NCBI GenBank assembly: GCA_028534125.1
Contig: CM052849.1
Span: 18,972,001-19,036,000, forward strand
DNA length: 64,000 nt
DNA from: Lama glama
Lineage: Eukaryota
Direction of reading: 5' to 3'
Shown here: piece after piece, positions 11,595 to 24,269 of the stretch
Numbering within the stretch: the stretch's first letter is position 1
Layout: each line of letters starts with the position of its first letter
Position numbers and translations under genes: made by a program
Notes under the pieces: model-generated
Seen by the model: only the letters and a program-made list of their open reading frames with translations
What the model was told of the DNA's origin: nothing
The model's database searches: none

Positions 11595-13762
11595 CACTGG
11601 GATGCGATGAACCCTCTGCTCTCGGCCTTAATAACTTGACACGGAAGAGTTTTGAGTTCCCAAACTGTCGTTTCTGCCCTTGCCCGTCACCAGGCTGAAT
11701 CCCAATAACGCGCTGCTGGGAGTGGACGAGGTTTCCGAGGGGCAGCAAAGCGGTTTTCCTTCCCTCCCATCTTCATTTTGATTTTTATCCACTCTTTCCT
11801 TTATGGCAACTGTATATCACGTTTATAGCATGTTACGCTTCAAGGCAACATCTGAGATGTCAAGTTCAAAAAAAAAGCCTCTCCCTGGATACTCGGAGAT
11901 TTCCTGTTGGGGGCACAGAGACTGGCACGTTGTGGGTCGGTTTCGTTTTAGAAGTGGGACAGGATCATTCGCGGGGATGGAGTCAGAAAGCGGCTGCCTG
12001 TCCGTTGGTGCCTCCTGGGCCAAGAATGTGCGTTGTCAGGTGGGCTTTGTGGTGAGGCCTCTGTTAGACCCACCTGCTCGTTTTATTTTCCACATTCTTA
12101 GATCAGAGTGTTAGTATCTTCCCCCAGTCCTTGTCCCCTTTCAATGGAGCCCTAGGTGATACTGTTTGACTTCAAGACGTGGCAGCATCACTGGAACAAG
12201 TCTGTCTCCACACTTCCAAGACCAACACCGTGGGTGTCAAGGCCGGATCCGGGGAAATCTAATATTTCTCAGGTAGGAGAAAAGTAATTAAGGGAACTTC
12301 CGAGGTTGGACACTAAGAATGAAAATAAATTGGGTGGAAATTGACCTGACATGTATCAACACGCAGAGAGGCCAGGAGTCACCCCTCCAAGCAAGCAGGG
12401 CGTCTCTGCTCTCAGCCCTTTAGCCTCATGGGTTTTCCAGATCCTCGCCTGGCGGGTCCTGTGGGTCAGCGAGACTCTGAAAAGACTTCCTCCTTCTGTT
12501 TCCTTGACAACACCTTCCTTCTTGCTTGCCGCCTCGCCTCTTTGTAGTCTTACCGCCTCTGAAGACACAGTGACAGGTAAGTGACACCGTGGGAGGGGAG
12601 ATTTTGACAGGGAGGGCCCCTCGGACCTGGGGCAGCCAGGACGAAGTTCCGACCACCGTTCTAGCTCACTGTCCACGCGGGGTGAACCCAGTGCTTTGCG
12701 GAGAATTTACAACAGCTGCCCACCCAGATAACTGCAGAGACTCCAGGACGCATTTTTGCACCCTTTGCGCACACGTGCGTCTGTGCACACACACAAGTCG
12801 GCACTTTTAGTGTTGGGATTAGCGTGAAATCCAAGGAAGAAAAAAATACCAAGGAGCTATCATGCTCCCGAGGGTGGGGATTCCTACTCCCGTCTGGAAG
12901 CTTACAACCTAAAGCCAGCTGACGGCAACCAGGAAAGCGCGGGCAGCAGGACGTCCTGGAAATGCAGGAGGCTCAGAGCTGGGACGCACGCCTCATTTCT
13001 TAGCTCCCTGCGGTGGCCGGGCGTTGGGCGTGGAGGCGGTGTCCGGTTCCACGGGGCTCAGTGCGGCTAGCTTCCTTCTGTCCCCTGCCCTCCCCCCTCC
13101 TCCTGGTTCTAAGGGGCGCCTTCGGGTAACATTTATTTCATCCCCTCCCTTGGTCTCCATCATGGTGCTGCTCTAGCTCTCCGATGGAGGCTTCAGCCAG
13201 AATCCAGCTACTTCTTAGCAATTTTGCACCAGCTCCCCGCGAGTGACCTAGTTTTATCTCTCTGGACTTTTGCGATTGTGTTTTGGCCAAATAGGCACCA
13301 TGAACAAACACCTTAAGTCCCGGTCGTTACGTCAGAATCTGTGTAATCAAGATAACAGCACAGCGTCTGTCCCCTCCCTCCCATGGGATCATTTATTAAC
13401 GCTGATCGTCTCCCTCTGTTTAGCGATTACTGCACCGCCAGGCACTCCCAGGGCCTTATTTCATTTAATGCGCAGCGTTGTGAGCTCTTCCAGGTAATAG
13501 AGCCATTTTTCAGATGAGAGAATTGAGGCTGGCTCTTCGTGACTCAGCCCCACGGAGCGCAGGCAGTCAGACGTGGAGCTGGCGTGCAGCCCAGCCTTCT
13601 AACCACAGTTTTGGCAAAAAGACGACGCTTTTAACCACAGTGCTGCTCTCTTGGGGGTGGGGCAAGGAAGGGGAGGTGTGAGGGCGAAAGTAAACAGCGG
13701 CTCCACTGTAGTGACATTTGTTACCAATGTTACAGTGCAGGACCTTCGGCTGTCTGGGGCTT

Positions 13763-13764
<2 letters not shown>

Positions 13765-13796
<32 letters not shown>
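13765..13796. repeat. Poly(T) tract, 32 nt
   Basis: Seen directly. Confidence 0.95.
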
Positions 13797-13797
<1 letters not shown>

Positions 13798-14611
13798 GAA
13801 AAACAACTTTGAAGTTGATGGATTTGGCTGCAACCGAACATTTTTGGGCATCTTAATAAGTTCTGAAATACCAATGGATTCTGTCCGCGAATTTAGCTTC
13901 GAGCTGCCCTGTCTTGTTGAGCACAGAGCAGACACGTGGTCCCGGCGGTGTCTGCCGGCTGACTGTACCCAGGGGGGAGGGGTCAGGTGGAGGGTAGTCC
14001 CCGCACCGCTTCTGGGACGTCTCTTTGGCTCAGATGGAAATTCTAAGCGTCCTGATCTCCTCCCTAAGAGTGGCACGTGCTCGAGAAACTTTTCTTAAGC
14101 CATTCGGGTCCTTTTCACCTTGTCATCAGCTTGCTCCTGGTCCAGCTCAGGCCCTGGTATGCTTGACCCTGGGCTCCACACCTCATCTGTGAGCTCACTC
14201 TTGTCTCTCACACTTGGTACTCATTCACATCGTGCTCCTGGACTGTCTTTCTGGCTCCTTCTCAAGGACTTTGGGGTGCATTAGTGTCGCCAGCGCTCCC
14301 CTTCCGGTTTCCTCCGGCTGTCTCCTGCCCTAACGGCGCTCCCGTTGGCTACCTACCCGTGACTTCTGTGGCTCTGCTAATCCCCGCTAAGGGACATTTC
14401 AGGTGGATTCTTCCAGACCGGTGGTTCTCGCTCCTTCTCAATCATCCTTCTGGTCTCTGGGCTAACTCAGTAGGATCTATAAGTTCTACAAAGATCTAAA
14501 ATTGTTGTTACATTTTTATTTTGATTAAACAATCTCCTTAGATAAATGCAGTCTCTATAAAAGCAGAAATCTTTGTACCTATTGCTTACACTAACTATAA
14601 AATAAAATCCG

Positions 14612-15470
14612 ATGATTGGGAACAAGACAAGGAAGTCTGCTCCCTCAGTTTCTATTCAGCATTGCACTGTAGGTTCCAGCCAAGGCAATTAGGCAGGAAA
14701 AAGAAATAAAAGGTATCCGGACTGGAAAGGAAGGAACAAAACTATCTCTGTGTGCAGATGACATGATGGTGTATGCAGAAAACCCTAAAACAATCAACTG
14801 AAAAACTATTAGAACTAATAAAAGAGCTCAGCAAGATTGCAGGATATAAGATCAATATTAAAAATTGTATTTCTCAAAAAAACAACTGTATTTCTCTCCA
14901 CTAGCAGTGAACATCTGAAAATGAAATTAAGGAAACAGTGCCATTTACAATAGCATCCAGAAATGCCTAGGAATAAATGATTTCAAAGAAAAAGAAGACT
15001 TGCACTCTGGCAACTACAAAGAACACCTGAATAAATGTGAGGCACCCCGCGTTCTGGGACTGGAGGACTGAGCTATTGTTAAGGTAGCAATGCTCTCCTG
15101 AAACTGAGCTACAGATTAAATACAGCTCCTGTCAAAATCCCAGCTGCCACATGCAGACATCTTCAGGCTGATCTGGAAATTCATATGGAAATGCAAAGGA
15201 ACCAGAATAGCCAAAGTCATCTTGAAAAACAGGAACACATCAGGAAGGCTCACACCTCCTGACTTCAAAGCCTTACTGCAAAGCTTCAGGGAGGTTCCTA
15301 ACAGAAAAACGACACAGCGCCAGCACAAAGGTAGATAGATCAATCAGTGGAATAGGATTGAGTCCAGAAACAAGCCCAAGTATTTATGGTCAGTTGACTT
15401 TCACTTTCAATTCCCTGGGGAAACCATGTGTCTTTCAACAAATGATGCTGGGGCAACTGGCTATCCACCT
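14612..15470 (+). mobile_element. Degenerate LINE-1 ORF2 (reverse transcriptase) fragment
   Basis: aggcaggaaaaagaaataaaaggtatc (RQEKEIKGI) and ctatctctgtgtgcagatgacatg (LSLCADDM, a decayed FADD motif); frameshifts and stops present. Confidence 0.88.
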
Positions 15471-15484
15471 CTGATGGCACCAAT

Positions 15485-16541
15485 TGTGGTGGTTAATTTT
15501 ATGTGTCAGCTTGACTTGGGCTAAGGGTGCCCTGATAACTGGTAAAATATTCCTTCTGGGGTGTCCATGCTGGTGCTTCCCAAGGAGGGCAGCATTTGAA
15601 TGAGTAGACCTAGTGATAAGCCCCACCCTTACCAGTGTGGGGGGCACCATCCAAGCCACTGAGGGTTCGAATAGAACCGAAAGGTGGGGGAGGGAGCATT
15701 CTCCTTCCCTCCTCTTGAGCTGGGATGTTCATCTTCTCCTGCCCTCGGACATCAGAGTTCCTGGTTCTCTGGCCTTTGGACTCCAGAAATTATGCCACCA
15801 NNNNNNNNNNNNNNNNNNNNNNNNNNNNNNNNNNNNNNNNNNNNNNNNNNNNNNNNNNNNNNNNNNNNNNNNNNNNNNNNNNNNNNNNNNNNNNNNNNNN
15901 NNNNNNNNNNNNNNNNNNNNNNNNNNNNNNNNNNNNNNNNCTCATACGTAGAACCTGAAAAAAAGAGAAAGAAGAGGACACTAATGAACTCATCTACAAA
16001 ACAGAAACAGACTGGCAAACATAGTAAGCAATTTTATGGTTACCGGGGAAGGGGAGGGGGAAGGGATAAATTTGGGAGCTTGAGACTTACAAATGTTAGC
16101 CACTATATGTAAAAACAGATTTCAGAAAAAGTTTCTGCTGCATAGCACAGGGAACTATGTATCTTGTATTAACCTTTAATGAAAAAAACATATGAAAACA
16201 AATGGATGTATGTGTATGCGTGACTGGGACTGTGTGCTGTACACCAGAAACTGACACATTGTGACTGACAGTAACTCAATTAAAGTTAATTAACTAATTA
16301 ATTAAAAGAAATTATACCACTGTCACTACCACCAGCCCCCCATCACCACCCCCAAGCTGTTGGACTTGGACTGAATCACACCCCTGGCTTTTGTGATTAT
16401 CCAGCTTGCAGATGGCGAGCAGTGGAATTTCCCAGCCTCCGTAATTCAGTGAGCCAATTCCCACGAGAAACACCCTCTTCTAGAATCTGTGTCTATATCT
16501 ATCCTGTTGAATCTGTTCCTCTGAAGACCCCTAACTAATCC
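15485..16541 (+). mobile_element. ERVL solo LTR, MLT2B-like, split by an L1 insertion
   Basis: tgtggtggttaattttatgtgtcagcttgact...ccagcttgcagatggc...gtgagccaattccc...ctgttcctctgaagacccctaactaat. Confidence 0.85.
15801..16306 (+). mobile_element. LINE-1 3' fragment with target-site duplication (5' part in N-gap 15801-15940)
   Basis: L1 3'UTR motifs; TSD agaaattatgccac (15785-15798) / agaaattataccac (16307-16320). Confidence 0.85.
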
Positions 16542-17314
16542 GCTGATGGGTGACACCCCACCAAAGACCTCGTGGGGGGGGCTTGGCCGCCCCCGCCGGG
16601 GCGGGGACGCAGCCTTCTCTCGCACAGGAAAACGTCTGTCCGCAGCGCTCTCCGCCTGCTCTGCTCTCCGGAGCCCTCCCGGGTCGTCCCACTTAACCAG
16701 TCCCAGAGCACTTTAGAAGGCCGTGTCAGTCGGAGACTGGCATAATAGCGCTGCCATTACCACGAGCATTGTTGAAAGGTGAAGGGGAAAGTGTGTCTCG
16801 TTGTTCAGGTTCTCAGACGCAATGGCATCAAGCCAGAACGGTCCCATTAACTCTCGGGGCCTTACTTTGGATGCTCGGCACCTTTGAATAATCGTTTCTT
16901 TTAAAGGAAGTGAAGAAAAGTTGAAGGCCATCATTGACCTCAGTGCAGCGGAGTCTCTCACATCCGAAGGTGCATTATCCACGGACGAGGCTTTCGGGCT
17001 TTGTCTGACGGGAGTCTGATGTACAGGTTTTAGAGTCAAGAAAATTCTCCCACTTCTGGTTCAAAACAATGGAGGATTCAGAGTGCAGGCTGGGAGCAGA
17101 AGTCTCTGGCCTTGTCGGGAAGAGTCTGAGACACCTGCCTGGGTCCGATCTCTGCTGAGTTCTGTGGTCGTCTTTTTCTCCCAGTGGACCACTGATTTAC
17201 GCCTCTGGGCCTTAGTATATGCATCTATAAAGTGAGGCATTGAACTTCAGTCTTCCCATCTTTTTATATTGGCATCGTCCTAGTTCGGTGCATTGAAACT
17301 ACAACAGTAACACC

Positions 17315-17520
17315 GATAGCTGACATATATTGGGCAGTTACAATGTGCTTCTGTATCCCTTGCCTTTGGTCCCCTCACCAGTGCTCTGAGGTAGTGTCTG
17401 TCAGCCTCCGTTACACAGCCGAGGACATGGAGGCTCAGAGAGGTTAAGTATCTTGCCCCGGATCACACAGCTATGAATTGTCGGAACTGGCATTTGAACA
17501 TAGGTCTGACTGTCAAGTCT
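17315..17520 (-). mobile_element. MIR SINE
   Basis: gaggctcagagaggttaagtatcttgccccggatcacacagcta...atttgaac. Confidence 0.8.
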
Positions 17521-17534
17521 TGACTATGGTCCTT

Positions 17535-18620
17535 CTATCCACTGCTATTGAGCAAATCACCCCAAAACTTAGTGGCTTCCAACAATGCAACCATTGTATT
17601 ATCTCTCATGGTTCCTGGGAGTTGGGAATTTGGAAAGGGCTCGGCCGGGAGGCTTAGCTGATGGTCCCGCTGCGGTTGCAAGCAGTAGGCAGTGGCTTGG
17701 GGGTGGAGCCACGGCATCTGGGAACTTCTGGGCTGCTCCCCTCCCCTCCCCCTTTCCTCCCCCCTCCCACCCAAGTCATCTCAGCGCCTTTCCTTGTGGT
17801 CTTTGCGTGTGAGTCAGTGGGGCTCCCTCACAACACGGTGGCCTCAGGGATGTCAGACTGTGACCACAGCAGCTCAGGGGCTCCAAGAACAGGTAAACTC
17901 AGGGACATCGTAGATCTGAGTAGCCTTGTATGACCCGGCCCTTAAAGCAGCACCAGCACGCCCATTTGGTCCAAAGAGTCAGAGGAGCCCTACTCACGTC
18001 CGACAGGTGGGATGTGCGCGCCCTCCGCCGCACGCAGTGGAAGTCGCCGCTGGCTGCCTCTGGAGACGTCAGTCAGCCACGGCACCTACGTCTGCTTGGG
18101 ATGCGTGACAGAGCTCTGAGGCTGAAGGGCCTTCCACAACAGAAATATATTTCCTCCAAGTTCTGGAGACTGGAAGTCCAAGATCCAGGCGCCAGCAGGC
18201 TGGGGTGGGAGGGCTCTGTCTCTGGGCTGCCGTGGCTGTGACCTCCCGCGGCCTCTTCTCCGTGTGCGTGCGGAGGGGCAGCTCTTCCTCTGGGAGCATC
18301 CTCCCCCAGGACAGGCTGAATTCTGCTGCCCACAACTGAACACCAAGCTTAAGTGCTTAGACATTTTGTTTGTTTGTTTGCTCTCCTGGAACAAGAAGTG
18401 TGGAGGGGAGCGGGGCTGGTCCAGGGCTGGTGCAGCCTCTCAGAACGTTCTCCAGGATGCGAGCCCCTTCAGGCTTTCTGCTCCTCCATCTGTACTGTGT
18501 GCCTTTAATCCTCACAGTCAGCAGGTGGCTGACCCGCCTCCAGACATCAGGCCAGCGTTCCAGGTACAGGAGGAGGAGTGGCGAGGGGTTTGGGGCCAGC
18601 CAAGCCTCGGTGTGTGCCAC
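17535..18620 (-). mobile_element. Cluster of about three decayed MLT1 MaLR LTR fragments
   Basis: caccccaaaacttagtggctt (~17560); caacagaaatatatttcc..agttctggagactggaagtccaagatc (~18140); tttctgctcctccatc..ctccagacatca (~18480). Confidence 0.65.
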
Positions 18621-20994
18621 ACCTCCTGGGTCTGAATCTGCTCAGCTTTGCCGTCAGCATCTCCAAGAGCAAAACCCCTCAAAGCAAAAAGACGTTCGAT
18701 GTTTATTTGGATTTTATCCCCGCAGAGGAGCAGGTGCTCAGTTCAACACGGGGGATAGATTTTGGCTTCCCTTGCGGAGTTCTAGACGGAGGAAACCAAC
18801 GAGTGGGTTTGCTGGGACTGCAGGAGCTACTTCAAGACCTGCCAGGTTTCCTCCTTTATGAGACCAGGAGACAGAAGGGAAGCTCTGGTGGGATTGCATG
18901 GAGAGGATTTGGAAACAGTCCGTAAATCATCAACCTTAAACAGAGGCATGGCTGCCTGAGACCGGCGCCTGGAGTTCTGTGGACTTCCGTTGCCTGCACT
19001 GCCCGGCTCCCACCCCTCTTCTCCTGGAAGCAGCCCCTCCCCGCCACTGCTGGCGACCCCCGCCCCTCCTCCACTCCCTGGGACTCCAGGGCTCCTGTCC
19101 TCACCCCCCGGTGACGTGGAACGGGCCAGTCAACATGCTTCCTCCCCACTGGCTGCTAAGATTGCTCCAGAAGTGGGCACGTGCCCTGTGTGAGAGCAGA
19201 GTCCCGGTGACGGCTGTCTGGCTGTCACTGTGACCCGGATGTCTCAGTAAGGCTCCCTCCGCAGGGATGGTGGACTGGTGGTGGTTGCCGCTTTCACTGC
19301 CTCCTGGAAAGATCGTGCCCCTGAAATGAAGCCCATCCAGCGGGAAGTGGAGTCAAGAGAATGAAGCCAGGTCCTGATGGCTCCCTTGTTTTCCTTAAAT
19401 CAGCCTGCATTGAGCTTCTGATGCTCAAACCCAGAAAATCCCCCACCAACACCGGGTACCCTGCGCCGTGGGCGACCCCCTCCTGTTTTATGTTTTATTC
19501 CATTCCTCACACCCTTTGCCGGGAGACCTAATTGTCCTTGAGAAATGTGGGACCACACTGGAGAGGAAGGTGGGGATTTTAGGATCAGGAGAGAGAAGAA
19601 ACTGAATCCCTTGCCCTTACGTGTGACTGTTTGTACAGGCTGTTTTTTTTTATAAGACCAAACCATCCCCGAGGCTGCGTCTTTCAGATGAGAATCCAAA
19701 GGACAGGGTTTCTCTCGAGGCATCGTCTGTGTGCTTCATTTCCTTGGATTGTCTTTCAGAAAAAAGCTCCAGAAATGTCGGTGAGAAATCTTTGGAAAAA
19801 ATCTCCTGACTCTTGAGGGGATGGGCTAGGACTCAGAGCCGCTGCCCATTTTTGTTTTTTGTTTTTTTCTTGGACTGCTTTCCAGGGGATGCCAGCTCAG
19901 CCAGTTATCCTAAGAAATCAGATCGTTTAAACATTTTATATGTTTCAAAAGGTTAAAAAAAAAAAGCTCTCCTGCTCACAAATTCCTGATAAAGTGAGCC
20001 GACTCTCCTGGGAGCACGTTTTGAAGGAGATGTGGACTGCAGGTACTGATTATGATCAATAGGATATTGACTGGGGGCTGGGAAAGTGAGGGGATTAACA
20101 CACGATCCGTGGAGACGGTGAAACTCAGCAGACGTAGCGCTAACCAGCTTGGAGCATCTAGGCTCTAACGTACTATCAGGTCCCTGGATACTGGCTGAAT
20201 GTTAACTGTGCTGCAGCTCCGTCAGTCCTGACAGTCCTGCTCTGTCTCCTATTGACGCCCCTGGCAACCTTTGAGATTGTTTCGTCCTTTCCACCGTAGA
20301 TGCAAGGGAGAAGAGGGCGGGTGTCAGAGGCTCTGGTGCCCGGGCGCCCTAGAGCATGGCTCCTTGCTCCGGGGCTGTGTGCATCGCCTCTTCCCGTGGC
20401 CACCACAAATGTTCTGCCTCACTCCCGAGCCTCTGTGCTGAGTGGGCCTGGCTCTGGACCCCCCAAAGACCCCCTTCTGTGAAGCTCCTTTATAACCAGC
20501 TCCCTTCTACCTGGGAAGCGCTCCTTGCTCCCGAGACTCCTTCCTAAGAGCAGCAGCTCTGCATTTTCCCCCTGTTCTACCCGGTGTGCCCCCCTCCCCA
20601 CCCCCGGCTGCTGATCCCTGTGCCTGCTCCTTCCCTCAGCTCTCTGGGCTGGAACGTGGATCGCGGGCTGGGCACTATCACGCCGTCCCTCCATGGCTGC
20701 CTGTGAGCCCTGCTGGCCTCCACTCCTGTCCCAGGTGGCTGATTCACCCCTTCCTCAGATGGTTTTGCATGAGCTGACTTTTTGGAGTTGTCAGTCAGCC
20801 CAGACCCTGATGTGAGATTTAAAGAACTTTGTGTGTGTGTGTTTGTGTGTTTGTTTTGTAAACCAATGTTTATACCAAGACCTTTCCAGGCAAACACATT
20901 CGCAGTTGAAACACCAGCCTCTCGCTTCCTGATACGGAACTTGCTTGCTGTCTAAAATTCTTTCCACGTGCTTAGTTTGTAGGAGCCTTTTACC

Positions 20995-21623
20995 AACGTG
21001 TAACATACATACAGAAAAGTGCACCCCCCTTTTGTGGGTAATTTCCATAACATGGAACACTCATGTAACCAGAACCCAGAGCAAGAGACAGGCTATCACG
21101 AAGCCCCTAAAGCCACTTTACATCCCTTCTAATCACTTCCAATTGACCCCGTCCATGTCCCTGCCAGAGTAACCATTATTTTATTTTTTTTCCTTCCAGC
21201 TGTATCACATAACTGACATTCAGCACAGTGTAAGTTTACAGCGCACAGTGTAATGATTTGATGCAGGTGCGTCATGAAGTGATGGCCACCGTAAGTTTAA
21301 CGAACATCCATCATCTCACAGAGATATAAAATTAGAGAAACAGAATTTTTTTCCTTGGGACGGGAAGTCAGGATTTAGTCTCTGAACGACCTTCATACAT
21401 GACGTACAGCAGCGATGATTATATGTGTCACGTTTCACATCCCCGGTACTTACTTACCTTGTAGTCGGAAGTTTGTAGCTTTTGGCTGACTTCATCCCGT
21501 TCCCCCTCTCCCAACCCCCGCCCTTATCTCCAGTAGCCACAAAATCTAATCTCTTTTTCTGTAAGTTTGTTTCTTTGTTTGTTTGTGAAGGATCGTTGAC
21601 CGATGATACCATGCTAATTCCTG
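20995..21623 (-). mobile_element. LINE-1 3' fragments (old L1M with a younger L1 from ~21185), running into a 500-N gap
   Basis: taacatacatacagaaaagtgcac; cataactgacattcagcacagtgtaagttt..aacatccatcatctcaca. Confidence 0.7.
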
Positions 21624-22359
21624 NNNNNNNNNNNNNNNNNNNNNNNNNNNNNNNNNNNNNNNNNNNNNNNNNNNNNNNNNNNNNNNNNNNNNNNNNNNNN
21701 NNNNNNNNNNNNNNNNNNNNNNNNNNNNNNNNNNNNNNNNNNNNNNNNNNNNNNNNNNNNNNNNNNNNNNNNNNNNNNNNNNNNNNNNNNNNNNNNNNNN
21801 NNNNNNNNNNNNNNNNNNNNNNNNNNNNNNNNNNNNNNNNNNNNNNNNNNNNNNNNNNNNNNNNNNNNNNNNNNNNNNNNNNNNNNNNNNNNNNNNNNNN
21901 NNNNNNNNNNNNNNNNNNNNNNNNNNNNNNNNNNNNNNNNNNNNNNNNNNNNNNNNNNNNNNNNNNNNNNNNNNNNNNNNNNNNNNNNNNNNNNNNNNNN
22001 NNNNNNNNNNNNNNNNNNNNNNNNNNNNNNNNNNNNNNNNNNNNNNNNNNNNNNNNNNNNNNNNNNNNNNNNNNNNNNNNNNNNNNNNNNNNNNNNNNNN
22101 NNNNNNNNNNNNNNNNNNNNNNNCGTGGAAATGGGGCTCCTGTGTCTTGCACGCCTGGCTCTGGTGCTGTGGCCCCAGGGTTTCCACAAGTATTGGTGGC
22201 TGGAGTGAGAAGGGGTGTCCGGATCCAGCCACGCTGCCCTGCCTGTCACGTCTCCGCGGTGGCAGGCGCTCACTGCCACCTGCCAGCTCAGTTGCTTGCA
22301 TGCATTCTGCAGATGTCTGTGCAGCATTTTTCATACACCAGGCACGTATTAAGCTGGGC

Positions 22360-22900
22360 AGCTGACATTCTGGTTCGGGAGTGAGAAGTCAGCCCAACCT
22401 GAGTTAGTGGAGGGTCCACAGACCACCCTCACCTCTGGCCCCACCTACCCCGTACCACCGCTAGGTTCCAGAATTCATCAAGGGTTCACAAGCCCCCGGA
22501 CGGCTGTTACACTTGTGGTTGGGGTTTATTACAAGGAAAGGTACAAACTACAATCAGCCACAGGGACAAGCACATGGGCAGGGTCCAGAGAAGTACCCCC
22601 TGCACAGGTTCCAATTGTCTCCCCTGCGGGGTGGGCACAGCGTGACCTTCCCGACCTCGACGTGTGGCGACAGACAGGTGATGCTGCCAGGCTCACCTGA
22701 GCCTCGGGGTCCAGCGTCCAGACTGGGGCTCCATCCCCTAGAGCACGGCCGACCTCTGTCTCCAGCCTCCCAGGAGGTCCAGCTGACTGTGTGTGATGCC
22801 CCCTCCGGGAGTCGCACTGCTGGGCTGGTTCCAAGTGGCACCCCTCCGAGTCATACTGCTGCTCTCTGACGGGTCCCGGGCCCCATTCCCACCAGCACGA
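22360..22900. mobile_element. LTR fragment, MER21-like
   Basis: accaccctcacctctg, gtttattacaaggaaaggtaca..aatcagcca..catgggcagggtccag. Confidence 0.55.
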
Positions 22901-23534
22901 CACCCGGGGCTTGGAGATGGTCCCCTGGGAGCCTGGAGGTGGGTGCACTTTTGTTTCTGCCAAGACCACCTCCTCCCAGCCCTTCTCTGGCCCGACCCTC
23001 CCAGGCTGCCGGGTGCACCCAGGCGTCCCCTTGGGTCTGATTCAGACAGCCGCAGGAGCCCTCCCAGAAACCAGGCCACTGCTCTCACTTTACGGCATAA
23101 TTTTTGCAAAAAGAAATATCCAGTTCAAAAGTCGTAACAGTGTGGAAAGGCAGGCAAAGGGACGTCCTGCTCCCCGTCCCTTTGTGCGGCCGCCTCACGC
23201 CCCCCCCACATCCCTGCCCACGGCAGGGGCCCTCATATTCAGTGTTTCCTTGTCTTCTTCCAATTTTTGTTACACAAATAGAAGCAAATGCATTCGTCTT
23301 CTCTTTTTTCCCCTCCCTTTTTCTTAAATAGGCGTCAGCACTCTGTCCACACTGTCTTGGGCCCCCCTTTTTCGTAGACAGTGTCTCCTAGAGTTTTTTC
23401 CACATCGGCACATCTCATTCGGTCTTTCCATTGCCACCAAATGTTCCGCTGGGTGGAGCTTCTGGAATGTATTTAGCCGGTCAAGGAGAACTTAGGTGTT
23501 TTCCGAACACCTGTTATTAAAAATAACGTTTCAA

Positions 23535-23710
23535 AGGCCTACCGTAGGGCACAGGGAACTGTATTCAATATCTTGTCATAAGCTACAATGGAAAAGAATC
23601 TGGAAATACAGGTCTAGATACATGTAGGTACCTCACTGAATTGCTTTGCTGTACACCTGAAACTAACACTGGAAATCGACTACACTTCAATAAAAAAGAA
23701 GAAATTAATA
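23535..23710 (+). mobile_element. LINE-1 3' tail
   Basis: gcacagggaactgtattcaatatcttgt..tgtacacctgaaactaacac..cttcaataaaaaag. Confidence 0.85.
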
Positions 23711-24061
23711 AATCATGCCCCCCAAAATGTTAGGGTCATGTGTCAGCACATAGCTTTCTACCCATGATATTTCACGTCTGTGTGCATCTGCAGGGTAAAT
23801 TTTGGGGGCGGGGGTGGTAAACAAAGTTTATTCTAGGAAAAGCAACTCACTGAGAGAGAAAACCATTTTAAAGTTTACATATATGTACCGTTCATTGCTT
23901 CTAAGAAGAGTTTAGACCTTTAAGCTTTTTAAACTTATGTAATCATCAAAGGAATAAAGCCAGCCACAAAATAAGGATCAACAGAATGCGGTGATCCAGT
24001 CGTAAAGGGCAGTCATGTGTGCCCACACATATTCAAGGAATCAATCATCCAAGTTATAAAT

Positions 24062-24269
24062 AATAAGTTATTTGCGTCCTTTTTTTCGATTCCACGTGTA
24101 AGTGATATCATATGGTATTTGTCTTTGTCTGGCTGACTTCACTTAGAATGACAATCTCTAGGTCCATCTGTGTTGCTGCAATTGGCATTATTTTATTCTT
24201 TTTTATGCCTTAGTAGTATTCCACTATGTATGTGCGCGCACACACACACATAGTGGAATACTGCTAAGC
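24062..24269 (-). mobile_element. LINE-1 fragment (antisense), fused to non-L1 sequence at 23814-24061
   Basis: gattccacgtgtaagtgatatcatatggtatttgtc..cttcacttagaatgacaatctctaggtccatc. Confidence 0.85.

Noticed and set aside
14612-15470. Reverse transcriptase-like sequence as a novel or domesticated RT system
   Set aside because: Ordinary fossil L1 ORF2 with a mutated catalytic motif, frameshifts and stops.
21454-22384. Long ORFs of 230-300 aa (similar ones at 47902-48666)
   Set aside because: Artefacts of translating through N-gaps.
23814-24061. C/D-box snoRNA in the non-L1 tail (TGATGA on the minus strand)
   Set aside because: No downstream CTGA D box or terminal stem found.
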